Source: Chiloscyllium plagiosum (taxonomy: Eukaryota). From it: DNA of 38,769 bases. Under the pieces are notes generated by a model. The model saw only the letters and a list, made by a program, of their open reading frames with translations, was not told the DNA's origin and did no database searches. Positions 11,877 to 24,403 of this stretch are shown here, one piece after another. Location of the stretch: the NCBI RefSeq assembly GCF_004010195.1, contig NC_057720.1, forward strand, positions 26,890,184 to 26,928,952, read 5' to 3'. The position numbers and the translations under genes are program-made. Each line of letters starts with the position of its first letter. Position 1 is the stretch's first letter.

Positions 11877-13074
11877 AGCATAACTGCTCAATTTTGTATA
11901 TGCAGCCAATTTCAATTATTTTTGTAACGATTTTTCATTTAAGTGCAATAACTACCCACCAGACCATTTGCAATAAATTTCAAATACCACTTATACTTGC
12001 GTAAAGGTCATGTTAAAATTGATCCTAAAATCCAGGCCAAAAAAACTCATTCAATTTTTATACATTTTGTGACTAAGTTGACCCCAACTTTTAGCCAAAA
12101 AAAATCCAAGTTCTTTGTACTTACCATCAACTCACCTCTGAAGGCAAACATGCCCTGGTGCAAACCTACTCTGAATGAATCATAGCACACCATTGAAGGC
12201 CACTGCTTAGTTTCTCCTGTCTGCAGGCAATATCAAGGTTACCACCTCACTGTTCCCACGATTGGTGGGAATGATCTGACCACTCTAATAGGCAGGTGGT
12301 GGGACAGGGAGGATTTCAACAAAACAAAACTATGCATGAAAATGTTGACCCTCCCTACATTTTGACTACAAATTGTCTGAGAAATTTAACTTATGCACAA
12401 GAATATATATTATATCACATGTTTAACAGAAAAGCATCCCAACTTGCTTCACAGAAGTGTATCCAAAAGTGTTGCCCACGAATCACAATTCTTTAAACTT
12501 GATTGTGTGAGCTAAGTTTCCAAATTACACCAAATTCATTTGCAGACTTGGGGATTTTGCCTTAACTAAGCCAATGACGTTGAAAAATAAATCTGACCCC
12601 TCTGGTTTATACTTCACAGCCTACAAAGCTTGTGGTTATAGCAATTTCTGTTCCTTTATTTAAGGTAACAATCATCCCAGTAGCCCCTTTATGTGACTGC
12701 TTACCTTGGTTGCTAATTACTATTGTGGAACTTAGCCAAAAGCTATTTTTTAAAAATCCAAGTGTATAATATTAGCAATATGTCCCTTGTCTATCATGTC
12801 AGTAACCTTCAAAAAATAAACTCGAGGAGGTAAGTTTAATGTCACATCTTGCCTGAATCCATCTAATTTATCGTTTAGTAAGTTACACTTTTTCAATTAT
12901 TCACTCATTGGTACTCTAAATCATTTCAAAGGTTTTTCCTTTATAACTGACATTAAACATACCACTTCAATGTTTCCAGACATATCTCTGGGCAGATATT
13001 AAATAATAGAAGTATATTAGTGACTTTCACATAGAATGAGTGATGTCGTCTATGGAGTCCATCAAGTTACCATA

Positions 13075-13325
13075 CTGGTCAAACAAGCAATTAGTAAGGC
13101 AAATAATACATACGCCTTTATCACAAGGGGGTTGGTGGCGAGGAATGTTTATGCAATTATATAGGATTTGATGAGACAATACTTGGATTACTATGGATCC
13201 ACTTGGATATCTGCAAACTGTCTATGCTTTTGGTATCCTGTCCCAAGGAAACATATGCTTACCATACAAAGGTGGCAACAAAATCACTGGACTGATCACT
13301 GGACCTGAAGAAGGGCTGTCATGAG
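13075..13325 (+). mobile_element. Heavily decayed CR1 ORF2 fragment
   Basis: CAAGCAATTAGTAAGGCAAAT...GCCTTTAT...CAATTATATAGGATTTGATGAGAC parallels the CR1 segment at 31140-31240. Confidence 0.55.
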
Positions 13326-13473
13326 ATTAGAAATTAACTGCAAAATATACATCTGTAGCATTACAGGCAATGATGGTAATATGAACCTCAATTTCTCAAA
13401 CTACTTTGTTCTGTATCCAATTATTGTTATCTTCGAGTAGAATAGTGGTTCTAGCTTAAGACAAATATCTCAT

Positions 13474-13930
13474 CAACAACTTATATTCACATTTCACGTT
13501 AATGTCACCAGTTGTCCCAAGGTATTCCACAGGAGCATTATAAAAGCAAGTGTGACACTGAGCCACATCAGGAGATAACAGGCCAGAGAACCAAAACTTT
13601 TCATTATAAAGGTATGTTAGAAGCAGTGTACAGTATTAATAGACTAAAGTGAGGTAGAGAAACAGAGAGTGTAAAGAAGGAATTCCAGTTCTTGGGTCCT
13701 TGGCAATTGAAGACACCACCACAAAAGCTCAGTACAATCAAAATCAGGGGTGCACAAGGGGGCAGAATTTGGAGGGATTGGTCTGAGATATCTTGGAGGT
13801 GGAGATTATGAAGGATGTGAAATAAGAAGGGATTTGAAAGCAAGGATTAGAATTTTAAAACTGTGTTGTTGCTCGACCAGAAGACCATCACCATCAGTGA
13901 GCAAAGGGGAGCTAGGTGAAGTGAAGCTTG
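13474..13930 (-). mobile_element. L2-clade LINE 3' end
   Basis: Plus strand CAACAACTT...GTCCCAAGG..TTCCACAGGAGC...GAGCCACATCAGGAG...GGAATTCCAG. The minus translation GGVFNCQGPKNWNS matches the L2 C-terminal GGRAFS...P.LWNSL motif. Confidence 0.7.
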
Positions 13931-14354
13931 TTGCAAGATAAGGTAGGTGTCAAGTCCTGAACAGTTTAGTCAGCGTCTGGAAAAGAAATTGAGATTAATG
14001 TTTCAGCTGTGAGCCATAATCAAAGTACACTTCAAGCTACAGAAGAGTAAAAGTAAATTGTCAAATATGTAAATGATAAGTTGCATCGGCTGTGATATAA
14101 AAGATCACATGACAGAGTCTCCAAAAAGAAATGCCACGATGTAGACCATATTCAAAGTCTAAAAGTGTAAATAGATCATAGAATAATGAATAAAAAATAA
14201 CCTTAATGAGACCTTAGACTCTAGCAACCTATTTTAAGTGATATAGAACACTCAACTTCTTCCAAGGCTCATGATGTCAGAAACAGTTGCCATTATGTTT
14301 ACTCAAAGGGTATTTTCTTCCTGTATGTTACTATATTCTCCACGTTAATATTTA

Positions 14355-15240
14355 TCTATTTATTTACTGTCACGTGTATTTTGTTACAAAAATACAATGA
14401 AAAGTGTTGTACAATGTCACCACTTTCCAGTGTCAATTTTAAACATAGAAAAATAAACCAAAACATAGAACACAAAGGCAGAAAAATAAAGAATTAAAGA
14501 AAAAATGTGTTTAATTTTAGAGTTCTTCTTGTTAATTGCTTTACCACAGGCCATGGGCCTGGTAGCTAGGCCTGAGTCCCCGTCATCATGCCACTGCAAC
14601 AAGAATCACCAGTTTTCGGTGCATTCTCACCTCCACCAAGGCCCTCACTACTCTGAGTGATCACTGGACTTCACCAATGCAGGCACCAATCGTGCCACTG
14701 GGTACCCTACCAGCTTAAACTTGACTCCACTGCTGTCATGAGTCCGCTCTGGGCCCACCTTGCTGATGAAGCTGCTGCTGATGCTGCCAGGTCTCATACT
14801 GGGCCCAACCTCACCTCCACTGCCACCTCCATGAATCTGAGCTGAACCAAGTCTTGCCTCAGCTACAGCAGGTAACAGTTGGCGCTCAGACTACCTCATC
14901 AATACAGAAACTCTTGTGCTCAGATTGAGTCCACGCTGGGCTCACTCACTGACCAACACAATTCCTCACTGGGCTCACTCACTGACCACCATACTGGGCT
15001 CACCCATTAATAAGCATGAATCTGCACTGGGCTCACTCACTGACCACCACAAGTCCATGCAGGGCTCAGTTAAGTATTGCATTGGATTCACTCCACACTG
15101 CTGATGCCATCGCCACAACCAAGCTCTTCAACAAGAAAGTAAGTAAAAGAAAAAACACACACAAAAAGAAAGAAACAATAAGGATAAGGGGGGGGGGGGG
15201 AAGCAAACAAGCCCTGGGTACCTACTCAGCTGTTATCTTA
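14355..15240 (-). mobile_element. Non-autonomous element with a Rex1/Babar-type tail and internal tandem repeats
   Basis: The terminus TGTCACGTGTA...TACAATGAAAAG matches the Rex1 3' end at 28142-28170. No RT similarity inside. CTGGGCTCACTCACTGACCA units at about 14936-15100. Confidence 0.55.
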
Positions 15241-16179
15241 CTGAAAACAGAATCATGTAAAATATAGCTGCCAAACAGAAACTGATTTGACAATATAAGA
15301 AACTCCCTCCTACACCCCCACAGATTGGAATAGTCATTTGAAGTTGAAAACAATCAAGAATTTCACGTGCTGCAGCCTGCAGTCAGCAGAGCCTAAATGT
15401 TTCACAGGCACTCTCACGGTGTTGCTGACATGATGCAGTCCCCGCACAGATCTGCAGAATGTACTTCTGATGCTCTGGGCTGTAGTTCACCTTGCCCAAC
15501 ATTGAACAGGGATTTTATTTCAACTGAATTTTTTTTGGTTTCTTAGCTCACCTTCTCTTTCAAGTCTTTCCTGGCAATATTGTTTCCGTTTTTACTCTCT
15601 CCCTTTGGTCATTAATTTGTTTTCCTGTTTTATTTACCTTGATGTTGCTTACATTGGCGCATGTTTGTCCTGCAGCAGTCAGCCAATTGGCTTTTAATTC
15701 CATGTTTGATTCACTCCATTGAAAAGGATAATACTCTGCTGCTTTGCTGAGCTGCTTGGTCGTTACATTACAGCTGCTAGCTTTGTTCTCCAATCATCAT
15801 AGATTTGTTTTATTTTCCCTCTTAAATCAGCATTTAATTGTGTTCCCACAGTCAGCTTCTTCTTTTTTCCTGTCACACTGAACTGCTTGAATTGTTTTAA
15901 GCATGTCAAGCAGTTTAATCAAATCAAAACCATCCAAACTGTCACAATAGCTCGAAAATAATTTTGAAACCTATCCAAAATTGTATTGACTTATTCAGTT
16001 AATTACATTGCAAACTTTAGACCACAGCTAACAAAGAAGTACTGTCCCCGTTAGTAGATGGGCACCTCCAAACATTTGTGTTATGTGGGAGGCGGTACAT
16101 TGAAAATAACTTTCTCATTGAGTGGTAATCAATAAAGACGTCTTCAGAGGGCTCTACTAGGGTTCAAGGCATTCAGCAA

Positions 16180-16632
16180 CTGCACCCAAATAATCTCATT
16201 TACCTACATTTGGGCTGTAGCCCACTATAACCCTCACATTTTAAGTGCCCACCCAGATGCTTCTTAATCATTGTGAAGGTACCTGCTGCCACCACCCTCT
16301 CAAGTAATATGTTTCATATTTCTACCACCCTCAAGGTGAAAAAAAAAACTTGTTTCAGATCTCTTCTAAAACTTAACATTTTGCCCTCTGGCCTTAGACA
16401 CATTTGCCACAAAAAAAAGGTTATCACAATCTACCCTATCTGTGCATTTCATCCTTTCGTATACTCTGATCAGATCCCCCTTCAGCCTCCTCTGGGAAAA
16501 CAAAGCCAGCCAATTCAGTTTCTCCTTATAACTGAGATTTTCCACCCTAGGCAATGTCCTGGTAAATCTCCTCTGCATCTTGTCCATTCCAATCATGTCC
16601 TTCTCATAGTATTCTGACCAGAACTACACACA
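16180..16632 (-). mobile_element. CR1 ORF2 C-terminus and 3' end
   Basis: ORF 16366-16596 reads KMQRRFTRTLPRVENLSYKEKLNWLALFSQRRLKGDLIRVY. Confidence 0.85.
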
Positions 16633-16644
16633 TCTATGATTGGA

Positions 16645-16760
16645 GTAGCTTCTGGATCAGTGGTGCTGGAAGAGCACAGCAATTCAGGCAGCATCCGAGG
16701 AGCTTCGATTAGAGTAGTGCCAGCAAAGCACAGCAGGTCAGGCAGCATCCTGCTCCTTGG
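16645..16760 (-). mobile_element. Two abutting PLE pLTR fragments
   Basis: GTGGTGCTGGAAGAGCACAGCAATTCAGGCAGCATCCGAGG matches 27203-27243; it is followed by a variant matching 8805-8845. Confidence 0.7.
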
Positions 16761-16774
16761 TTTTTTTTGAGCAC

Positions 16775-17213
16775 GTTCAATGACTTAGGGTTCAGAAAAG
16801 ATTTACAAGGATGTTGCTAGGGTTGGAGGGTTTGAGCTTTAAGGAAAGGCTGAAGAGGCTGGCATTTTTTTGCCTCGAGTGGAAGGACATGGATGGGGTG
16901 AATACTCAAGGTCCTTTCCCCAGGGCTTAGGTTTAGAGTGAAAGGGAAAAGATTTAAAAGGGGCTTAAGGGGCAATTTGTTCACACAGAGGATGGTGCAA
17001 GTATGGAATGAGCACCAGAAGTTGTGGTGGGAGCTGATAAAATTACAACTCTTAAATGGCATCGCGATGAGTAAATGAATAGGAACGGTTTAGAGGGATG
17101 TGGGCCAAATGCAGGCAAATGGGATTAGATTAGGATAGGACATCTAGTCAGCGTGGACAGATTTGACTGAAGGGTCTGTTTCTGTGCTGTACATCTCTTT
17201 GACTCTGATTCTA
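16775..17213 (+). mobile_element. CR1 3' end
   Basis: GGGTTCAGAAAAGATTTACAAGGATGTTG (VQKRFTRML) through a 3' UTR ending in TCTTTGACTCTGATTCTAT. Confidence 0.85.
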
Positions 17214-17214
17214 T

Positions 17215-17380
17215 TTGACAGAAAGGGAGGTTGGGAAGGGGGTGGTATTTTGCGGGAATGGTAAGGTCATGGAATTTCTTTTCAGAGATATGAGCCAATA
17301 TAGAATTTAAGGAAGAGGAGATAGTGTGAGGGAATGATATACTAGCTATCATGGAGGATGGAGGGGAGTAGTTGAGTAGT
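17215..17380 (-). mobile_element. L2 reverse-transcriptase fragment
   Basis: The minus translation DLTIPAKYHPLPNLPF resembles the L2 motif DP..LANYRPISNLPF. Confidence 0.5.
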
Positions 17381-18149
17381 TAGCTCAATTCTTAAATGAG
17401 TGTGATAGCAAGCCACATTAGGAGATATTAAAACAGATGAGTTAAAGATTAGTCAAAGAGATAGGCTTTCGAGATTGCCTTGATGAACTGAAGGAAAGAA
17501 AGGATAAAACATTCAAAAAAGAAATTCCAGACTTTAAGCAACTGAGGCACAGGCATACAGAGGAGAACGAGAGGTTTTGATAAAACTTGTTCAAACGTTG
17601 ACCCAGAATTTGTGATTCTAATGATGACAAAACTATCAACATTCATCATAATGTTTCTGTTAGACTGACAGCAACGTCTCAAGCCTGCACATATTCAGTT
17701 AAACATGGAAATCCAGATGATGATATCTGTGTTTCTTCACCTGGAGTGTGATTGATTTTCATCCATGAGCAATTCAATAAGAAAGCATTGATTTCTTGTG
17801 GCCTTGCTTGTGGTGCTCTGTCAGTGTTGCTGTAAAAACTCTTGAAAAAGAAATTTCACATTGCTGAATGAGGTGAACAATGTGGGTGAGAAATCTGGGA
17901 CCATTGATTGAGAAATTCAGCCAATCCGCTCATGATGTTTGCAATGTCAATCTGCATTTTCCAATAGTGTTCCAGATATCAAGATGAGATTGCCACGAGG
18001 GAGCGGTGAGAAACCAATGTGCCTCTGGAATGCACTGTTCATTCAGGCCGAGGCCATGTGATATTCCAGCTCTTTGTTTTATCAGCACATTTGCAATGAG
18101 TTTCAGAAATACCGAGTTGTTGGAAACCTAACAATAGAGTTCCTCTTTT

Positions 18150-18277
18150 GGAGGTGCCAGTGTTGGATTGGGGTGTACAAAGTTAAAAATCTCACAACAC
18201 CAGGTTATAGTCCAACAGCTAGTGCTTCCAAATAAACCTGTTGGACTATAACATGGTGTAGAGTGATTTTTAACTTA
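18150..18277 (-). mobile_element. Fold-back pLTR remnant of another PLE-type family
   Basis: AAGTTAAAAATCTCACAACACCAGGTTATAGTCCAACAG (18180-18218) and its near-complement (18238-18276), with about 30 nt of extra sequence on the left arm. Confidence 0.65.
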
Positions 18278-19401
18278 GATTAGGGGATTATTGCTCACCT
18301 CATTGATATGCATTCTCCTGTTTGACTGCACACTGGTTAGAAACTAGACACCAAAACCTCTCAGTATGACAGTCAGAGTGGATACCTAGTGACTCCAACA
18401 CACTCCTTGCTCCTCCAGACCACCACCTTGGTAACCCAGCACCAACATCCCAGGGAACACTCCTAGGGAAGTGGCTGAAAGTAGCCCACACCTATATAAA
18501 CAAGTATCTGATATATGCCAACCCGTCCACATCATATGGGCACATCGTCAATCCACTTTCAGTACACTTCTGTACTTCAATCCACTGGAGCTCCTCATTG
18601 CAATGCTGCTGCAAGGATGGTGCATGCAGAGACAGAATCTCAGCTCACAGACTAGAGCAGGCTGCACCTCCTGTCTCATCACACCCCACTGATTCACTTA
18701 GGACTTAGTTGGATACCCCACAATATGCCTCCCTTGCCTGACATTTTTTCCCCTCATTCACAGGAGGCTGTCAGTACTGCTATATTGCCTTGCAGTTTAG
18801 CACAGAGACAAAGCTTGTTATCCTTATCAACAGTCATCAGTCAAGGGGATGCACATCTTGCTGTACAGCAGTGTGCCATATTAATCTTACACTTGCACTA
18901 TGTACCGGCAGCACTACAAGCAAATAGCCATGTCACAGAGCCTAAGGGATTGTCCGCAGTGGAATGCTGGGAGACAACAGTCAGTCAGGATGGCCAGCTC
19001 TGTAAATTAAGGGCAAAGTGATACCAGTACAGGGCTTGGACATGCTCAGATGGGCACTCAGGACAATCAGGATCAGGTCCATCTCCTTGGGGTGGGTGAG
19101 GAGTTAAGTAGCAGACATCCTACCACTTGTCCTGGCCCTTACTGAGGGCTGTTTTCTCCTTGGAATGAGAGAAAGGAAAGGATTGAGTGAGGTGAAAGTG
19201 GGTGGCACTGCTTTTAGTGCTAGTGCAGGTGGGATAAATGCAGTGAGCTGTGAGAATAAGTGAGCAGAGGTCATGCAGAGAGGAGGGAGAGCGAGTAAGG
19301 GAAGATACTGCAGACAACACTTAGACAAAGACCCTTGGTGAAAGGTCGATGCAGCCTCAGAGCCAGAGTGAATGTGAGGTAGCAAAGATGGTGATACTTA
19401 C

Positions 19402-19610
19402 TCTGGCAGACTGGAGGAGGTCATTAATCTCCTTCCTGCACTCTTGGGCATTACTCCAGGCAGCTGAAGTCACACTGACTTTATGGCAACCACATACCAG
19501 GCTGGCTGTGCCCCTCCGCTGGCCCTGAGGGAGGAGCATGGCCATCTTCTGTACCATCCATCCACCAGGATTTCCAGGTCCCATGTCCGAGGGGAAAAAC
19601 AATGAATTAT
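19402..19610 (-). pseudogene. Harbinger-type Myb/SANT-like DNA-binding protein exon (frameshifted)
   Basis: Joining frames gives CFS...DLEILVDG-MVQKMAMLLPQGQR-QPAWYVVAI-KVSVTSAAWSNAQECRKEINDLLQSAR, followed directly by a GTAAGT donor (plus strand ACTTAC, 19396-19401). Confidence 0.75.
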
Positions 19611-22589
19611 GAAGGACACTTCTGGGCTGACCCAGTCCATGTCTGGGTGCCCAAAATGGCACATTTTTAAACATGGCACCGGTTTCAGAGATCCCGCGGT
19701 TTTCCAACAGTGCAACTGGGAGAAATGAGGCAGCACTGAATGACAGAAGTGCCACAGGAACGTGGTAGGCAGTTAATAAGGCAGTTTTAGAGTTGTGGAG
19801 TGAAAAAGATTGCTCGGCGAGGGGAAAAACTCACCACAGACACAATAAAAATGACACTTTGCTAAATTATGGTAACATCCAGTGCAACGTTTTTAACGGT
19901 GTACTAAGTTATAATTACTTTTGAATAACTTCTGACCTTGAAAATTTAATTTTACATTCATGAAATATCAAATGTCCCTATTCCATACTTTTAAAATAGC
20001 TTCTACTTAATTTATGACATTCCATTTTTTGTATATTACACTCATCTGCATGTGTCAATCTTGATCTCGCTTTCAATAAAATTACAAGCGATCAATAAAA
20101 CTTGCTTGTCATTTCCTGATTAGCTGCTTATGAGAATTCTCCAATGTGACTGGTTGCTTAACCTGCTGGATGTCAAAAATCACCTATGCTTGGAGCCAGT
20201 ACTAAATTAACACTAGAGATCACACCACAGAGCTTTCGAGATCATTGTGTGAAGGTTTATCTGAGATTAGCAACAAATAGTGTCTTTGCTGTTGAATGCA
20301 TTATCCAGACAAAAATGCATTGTAATATAGCCTGTCTAGAAAAAAAATACATTATTTAGGTGCAACACAACCATAGTTTCTTTTTCTGACCCTTGGAACT
20401 ATTCAGTTAATTACCATATATAGAGGATATGTCACAGCCAGAACTGTGATGTGATAAATACTTTCACAAATGAGACCAACCAGATAATTCATGAGTGACA
20501 AAGTTGCAAGTGATTTATGGTTAGCCTCTCCAGAGAAGATATTTGTCATAGCTTGCTGCCAACTGACACGTATTCTTTGCTTTTACTGTATGCTTTAAAA
20601 TGTATTTTTTGTGAAAACCTGTAATGAAACAAGAACTGACTCAAAATTACATCTACATTAATATGGTACCACAATAACACCGTCATACCATAAAGTAACT
20701 TCAAATTATCTTCTTCAGCTATACAAGACATGGGTTCATTTTGGAAGTCAAAAATACATTATAGGTCAAGGGTATCCATGATGTGGATATGTCTGCACTC
20801 ATGAAGTGGTAATGAATTATTCATCATGACAGCTAAATTTATATAATTTGACATCTTATCGGGTATCCACTACTTAGTGACGATGCTATGAAATATCCGA
20901 CTATTCCCTGAATTGGCGTTCGGCACATTTTCCATGGCTGGTTATCTCTGGCAGTTAGTATTGTTTGCTTTTAAGATCTTCATTGTTGATGAGCTTAAAA
21001 AATGACAATGTCTGGAGCTTGATGAACAGTAAGGTGGACGTGCACACCTTTGTAGAATGGGCAGACAGCGTCTCAGCAATTACATGCAGAGAAGTGGGAG
21101 GTCACAGAGGTTTGAAATGAAGATTAACTATAAGCTTAAACTTGAAATTTGACTAAAGGTTGAAGAAGAACAGAGAGACTCCACTCACTCAAAGCTATTC
21201 TAGCATTGAGGGCCAATTTTGAGAACCAAAATCCCAACAGCAGAATGACACCTAAGTGAAGTTATCTTGGGTTATTTTTCAGGATTACCTGGCAAGAGAT
21301 CCAAGCAGGCATTAGGCCACTTAAAAATATAAATGATTGATCGAACACGAGTTCAAATGTCCCTTTGGGAAATTAGACATCACAGAGCTGAACATCTGCT
21401 TCTGCTGCTGTTGCTGCTGCTACAGCCTAAGCAAGTTTAAGGCTTATGTTTGAAGTTTCCAGACAAGATGATTGGGCATGTGTCAGAACATCCCAATTGC
21501 ACCAGCCCTCCCCTTTGCTTCCCCACCTCTCATACACCCTTAGGATTTACCTTCAGTCCACCACTCCCAAAGCTTTCAGCCCAAAATCATCTTCTTCAAA
21601 TGGCCGAAGCCCTGACCATTCTCCCAGAAAATGTTAGTGCATGTAAATGTCCAATTTCAGATATTCCAAGCTTGGGGACAGGCTGTTTATGGTGAATGGG
21701 TCATAAACAGTTTATAAATTCATAATTTCTTGAAAATGAGAGTGTAAATAAGTTTCATAAATAGGAAGTGGAGTATAATAATACATTGCACAGATTAAAT
21801 ATTGTAAAGCTAATGGAGCATGCTCCTCCTGACTGACTCCCTAGTCACCTCCTCAAGGGCAATTAGGGATGAGCAATAAGTGCTGACATTGCCACCAACG
21901 CTCACAACCTCAGAAGTGATTCATTTTTATGTAAGCCAGAAGTATGCAAACACCTCAGTAAAAACAACATGGAATCATAAATATGGGGGGGCTTCAACTA
22001 TTCCCAGAAAAATTGGCTAGGCAGGGGAGTGAAAGTGGAGAAGGAGATGACAATTTTTGAGTGCAGACATAAGTAGCTTTATAAAGGGAGGAAAAGTGTT
22101 GGCTCCAGTAATGAGTAATGAACAGCAGCAAATAAGAGAAGCAAACATGGAAAAACGTTTGGGAGTAGTAGTCAGAGTGAAATATAATTTAAGGTAATGT
22201 TTAAGATTCAGATAGTAAAAAAGGCAAATATAATGGCTAGGAACTAAAGCTGACGCTAAGGAAATAAGGACCGGGGTAAGGAAGGAAAACTGGAAAAAAT
22301 ATGATTGTCATACTTCAAGGGAAGATTGATAGATTTTTAAAAAGTAGTCATGAATGAGGTGCACTGGATATGTTATAAAATGAGGATCATTTTGAATTTA
22401 AAGAAGGTAACCACAAAGTGCATGAACAATCATGGAGGACGACAGAAAGGAATAAGGTCAACTTTAAGAATTGGTTAAAAAGACAATTAGGATGGTAAAG
22501 TGGAAATACGGCACTAAAATATCAAAAAGAAATAGTGATGTATTATACAGACATTTGTACAACACAAATGGATTAGGAGAGGGATAAAT

Positions 22590-22770
22590 AAAAGCAAAGT
22601 AATGTGGATGCTGGAAATCTGAAGTAAAACAAGAAATTGCTGGAGAAAATCAGATGGTCCGGCAGTATCTATGGAACGAGAAAGGAGGAGCCAATGTTTT
22701 GAGCTCAATATGACCATTTATGAGTCACAGGAGTCATACCGGACTCAAATCTTTAATTCAGTTTCTCTCA
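22590..22770 (-). mobile_element. Decayed PLE pLTR fold-back remnant
   Basis: GGATGCTGGAAATCTGAAGTAAAACAAGAAATTGCTGGAG is homologous to 702-740. A GAGTC-ATACCG-GACTC hairpin sits at the stem II position. Confidence 0.55.
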
Positions 22771-22806
22771 CACACACACACACTCTCTCTCTCTCTCTTT
22801 CTCTCC
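22764..22806. repeat. Compound (CA)n(CT)n microsatellite
   Basis: Read directly from the sequence. Confidence 0.9.
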
Positions 22807-24100
22807 AGCCATTCTAATTCAGGATGATGCAGCACACTCTAAACAGGAGACCACCCCAGACCAGACAGAGCAGCAGAACTATATTTTCACGAGCCCTATC
22901 ATCGACTCCACCACAGCCCTGGTCACAGCAAGTTCACAATCTGGTGAAGGTGCCTCACTGGCTAAGTAACCAATAGTAACATCATATTACAAAGGGAGCC
23001 TCTGCTGATCTCAGATTCACCTCCCATCTTGGTACCATATCAATTATTCAAATTATCATTGAATTCAGTAAATAACATGATGAAGCGATACTCCCCACCT
23101 TCTCACAGCACCACTGGAAGTTTCACAAGTGATGGGACTCTTGTAGCCAGCATTTGCCATTGTTTAAGTCATTGCTGCTGACTTTTGTATCATTGAGATG
23201 GCAATGTTAGATTTGCAAGCACCAACAGCATGGTGCAAATCACCTTTGATCAATATTTGAAGTCTCAGCATGTTCACTCTGTAGGCTTGACAAATTGAAG
23301 ATGAAATGATTGGAAATTAAATTCTGCTGCGTTTGCAAACGCACAATTTTTTTTGCACCTTCAATATCCTCGTGTCCAGCAGACGTGGATCCCACACTTT
23401 GGCCTATCAAGCTGACATGGTCTCCACCCATTCTGCCATTTACTAATCGCATTTTACATCTAGAGAAAGGCAACTGACAGTGGATAATGTGGCTCATGAT
23501 GGACACTGTCAACACTGAACTCTGCCTGGTCACCAAGTGCTCCTCAGAGCCTCCATACCCCCTTTAATCTTGCTGTACCCTGAGATCCATTTCCACCCAT
23601 TCCCCTTACCCCTATTCAGAGTCTCATCACTCTGTCTCCAGTTGTTCTCCCTGTGCACTGAACCCAATATTACACCTTATTAATGCTCATCTTGCTCTTC
23701 TGCACGACAATAACTGTAGCTATCACACCCTCTAATGCTGTCTGCATATCTCCTCTGTACATCTTGCTTTCCATCACTGTCCTTGTCCATGCCTCCATTT
23801 TTCCCTCCCAGCCTTCACTTACCCACTCTTTTTTCCATCAACCACCCCAAACCCCAAAATTATAAAAGAACAGAGCCCCAAGGATTGTAATTTCTCCTGA
23901 CCTCTGAATACCTTTGGCATCTTCACCAGACTGCAAACTTGCTATGTCCAGGGCTGTAGTGGAGCAGACAACTGGTTTCCTTGAGACATCTGCACAGATT
24001 CCCGAAGAATGTGTTGACAGTGTCCTGACTGATGATGCATAATTCTTTTCACTGCTTGTGATGACCCTACAGGACTGATCATTGTCCACTCCCCAAACTG

Positions 24101-24403
24101 TAGAATCATAGCATCTCTATAATGTGGAAGCAGGCCATCTCATAGAGCCCACACTGACCCTCCGAAGAGCAACCCACCCAGAACCCCTCTCCCAACTCTT
24201 TAAACCTGTATTACTCATGGTTAATCCACCTAACCTGCACATCTTTGGACTGTGAGAGGAAACCAGAGAACCCAAATGAAATGCCCGCAGACAGAGGGAG
24301 GATGTGCAAACTCCACACAGATAGTCACCCAAGCTTAGAACTGAACCTGGATCCCTGGCACTGTGAGGCAGCAGTGCTAACCATTGAGCCACTGTGCCAT
24401 CCC
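24101..24403 (-). mobile_element. HE1-type V-SINE
   Basis: Same head, V-domain and CR1-like tail as 6305-6641. Confidence 0.9.

Noticed and set aside
14905..15100. Spaced direct repeats, superficially CRISPR-like (also 2818-2960)
   Set aside because: The spacers are related to each other or irregular, the context is vertebrate, and there are no cas genes.
23940..23985. Plus-strand SRAVVEQTTGFL resembling the Harbinger TR..IEQTIG.L motif
   Set aside because: The minus strand gives a longer, collinear transposase match at the same bases, so this is treated as coincidence.
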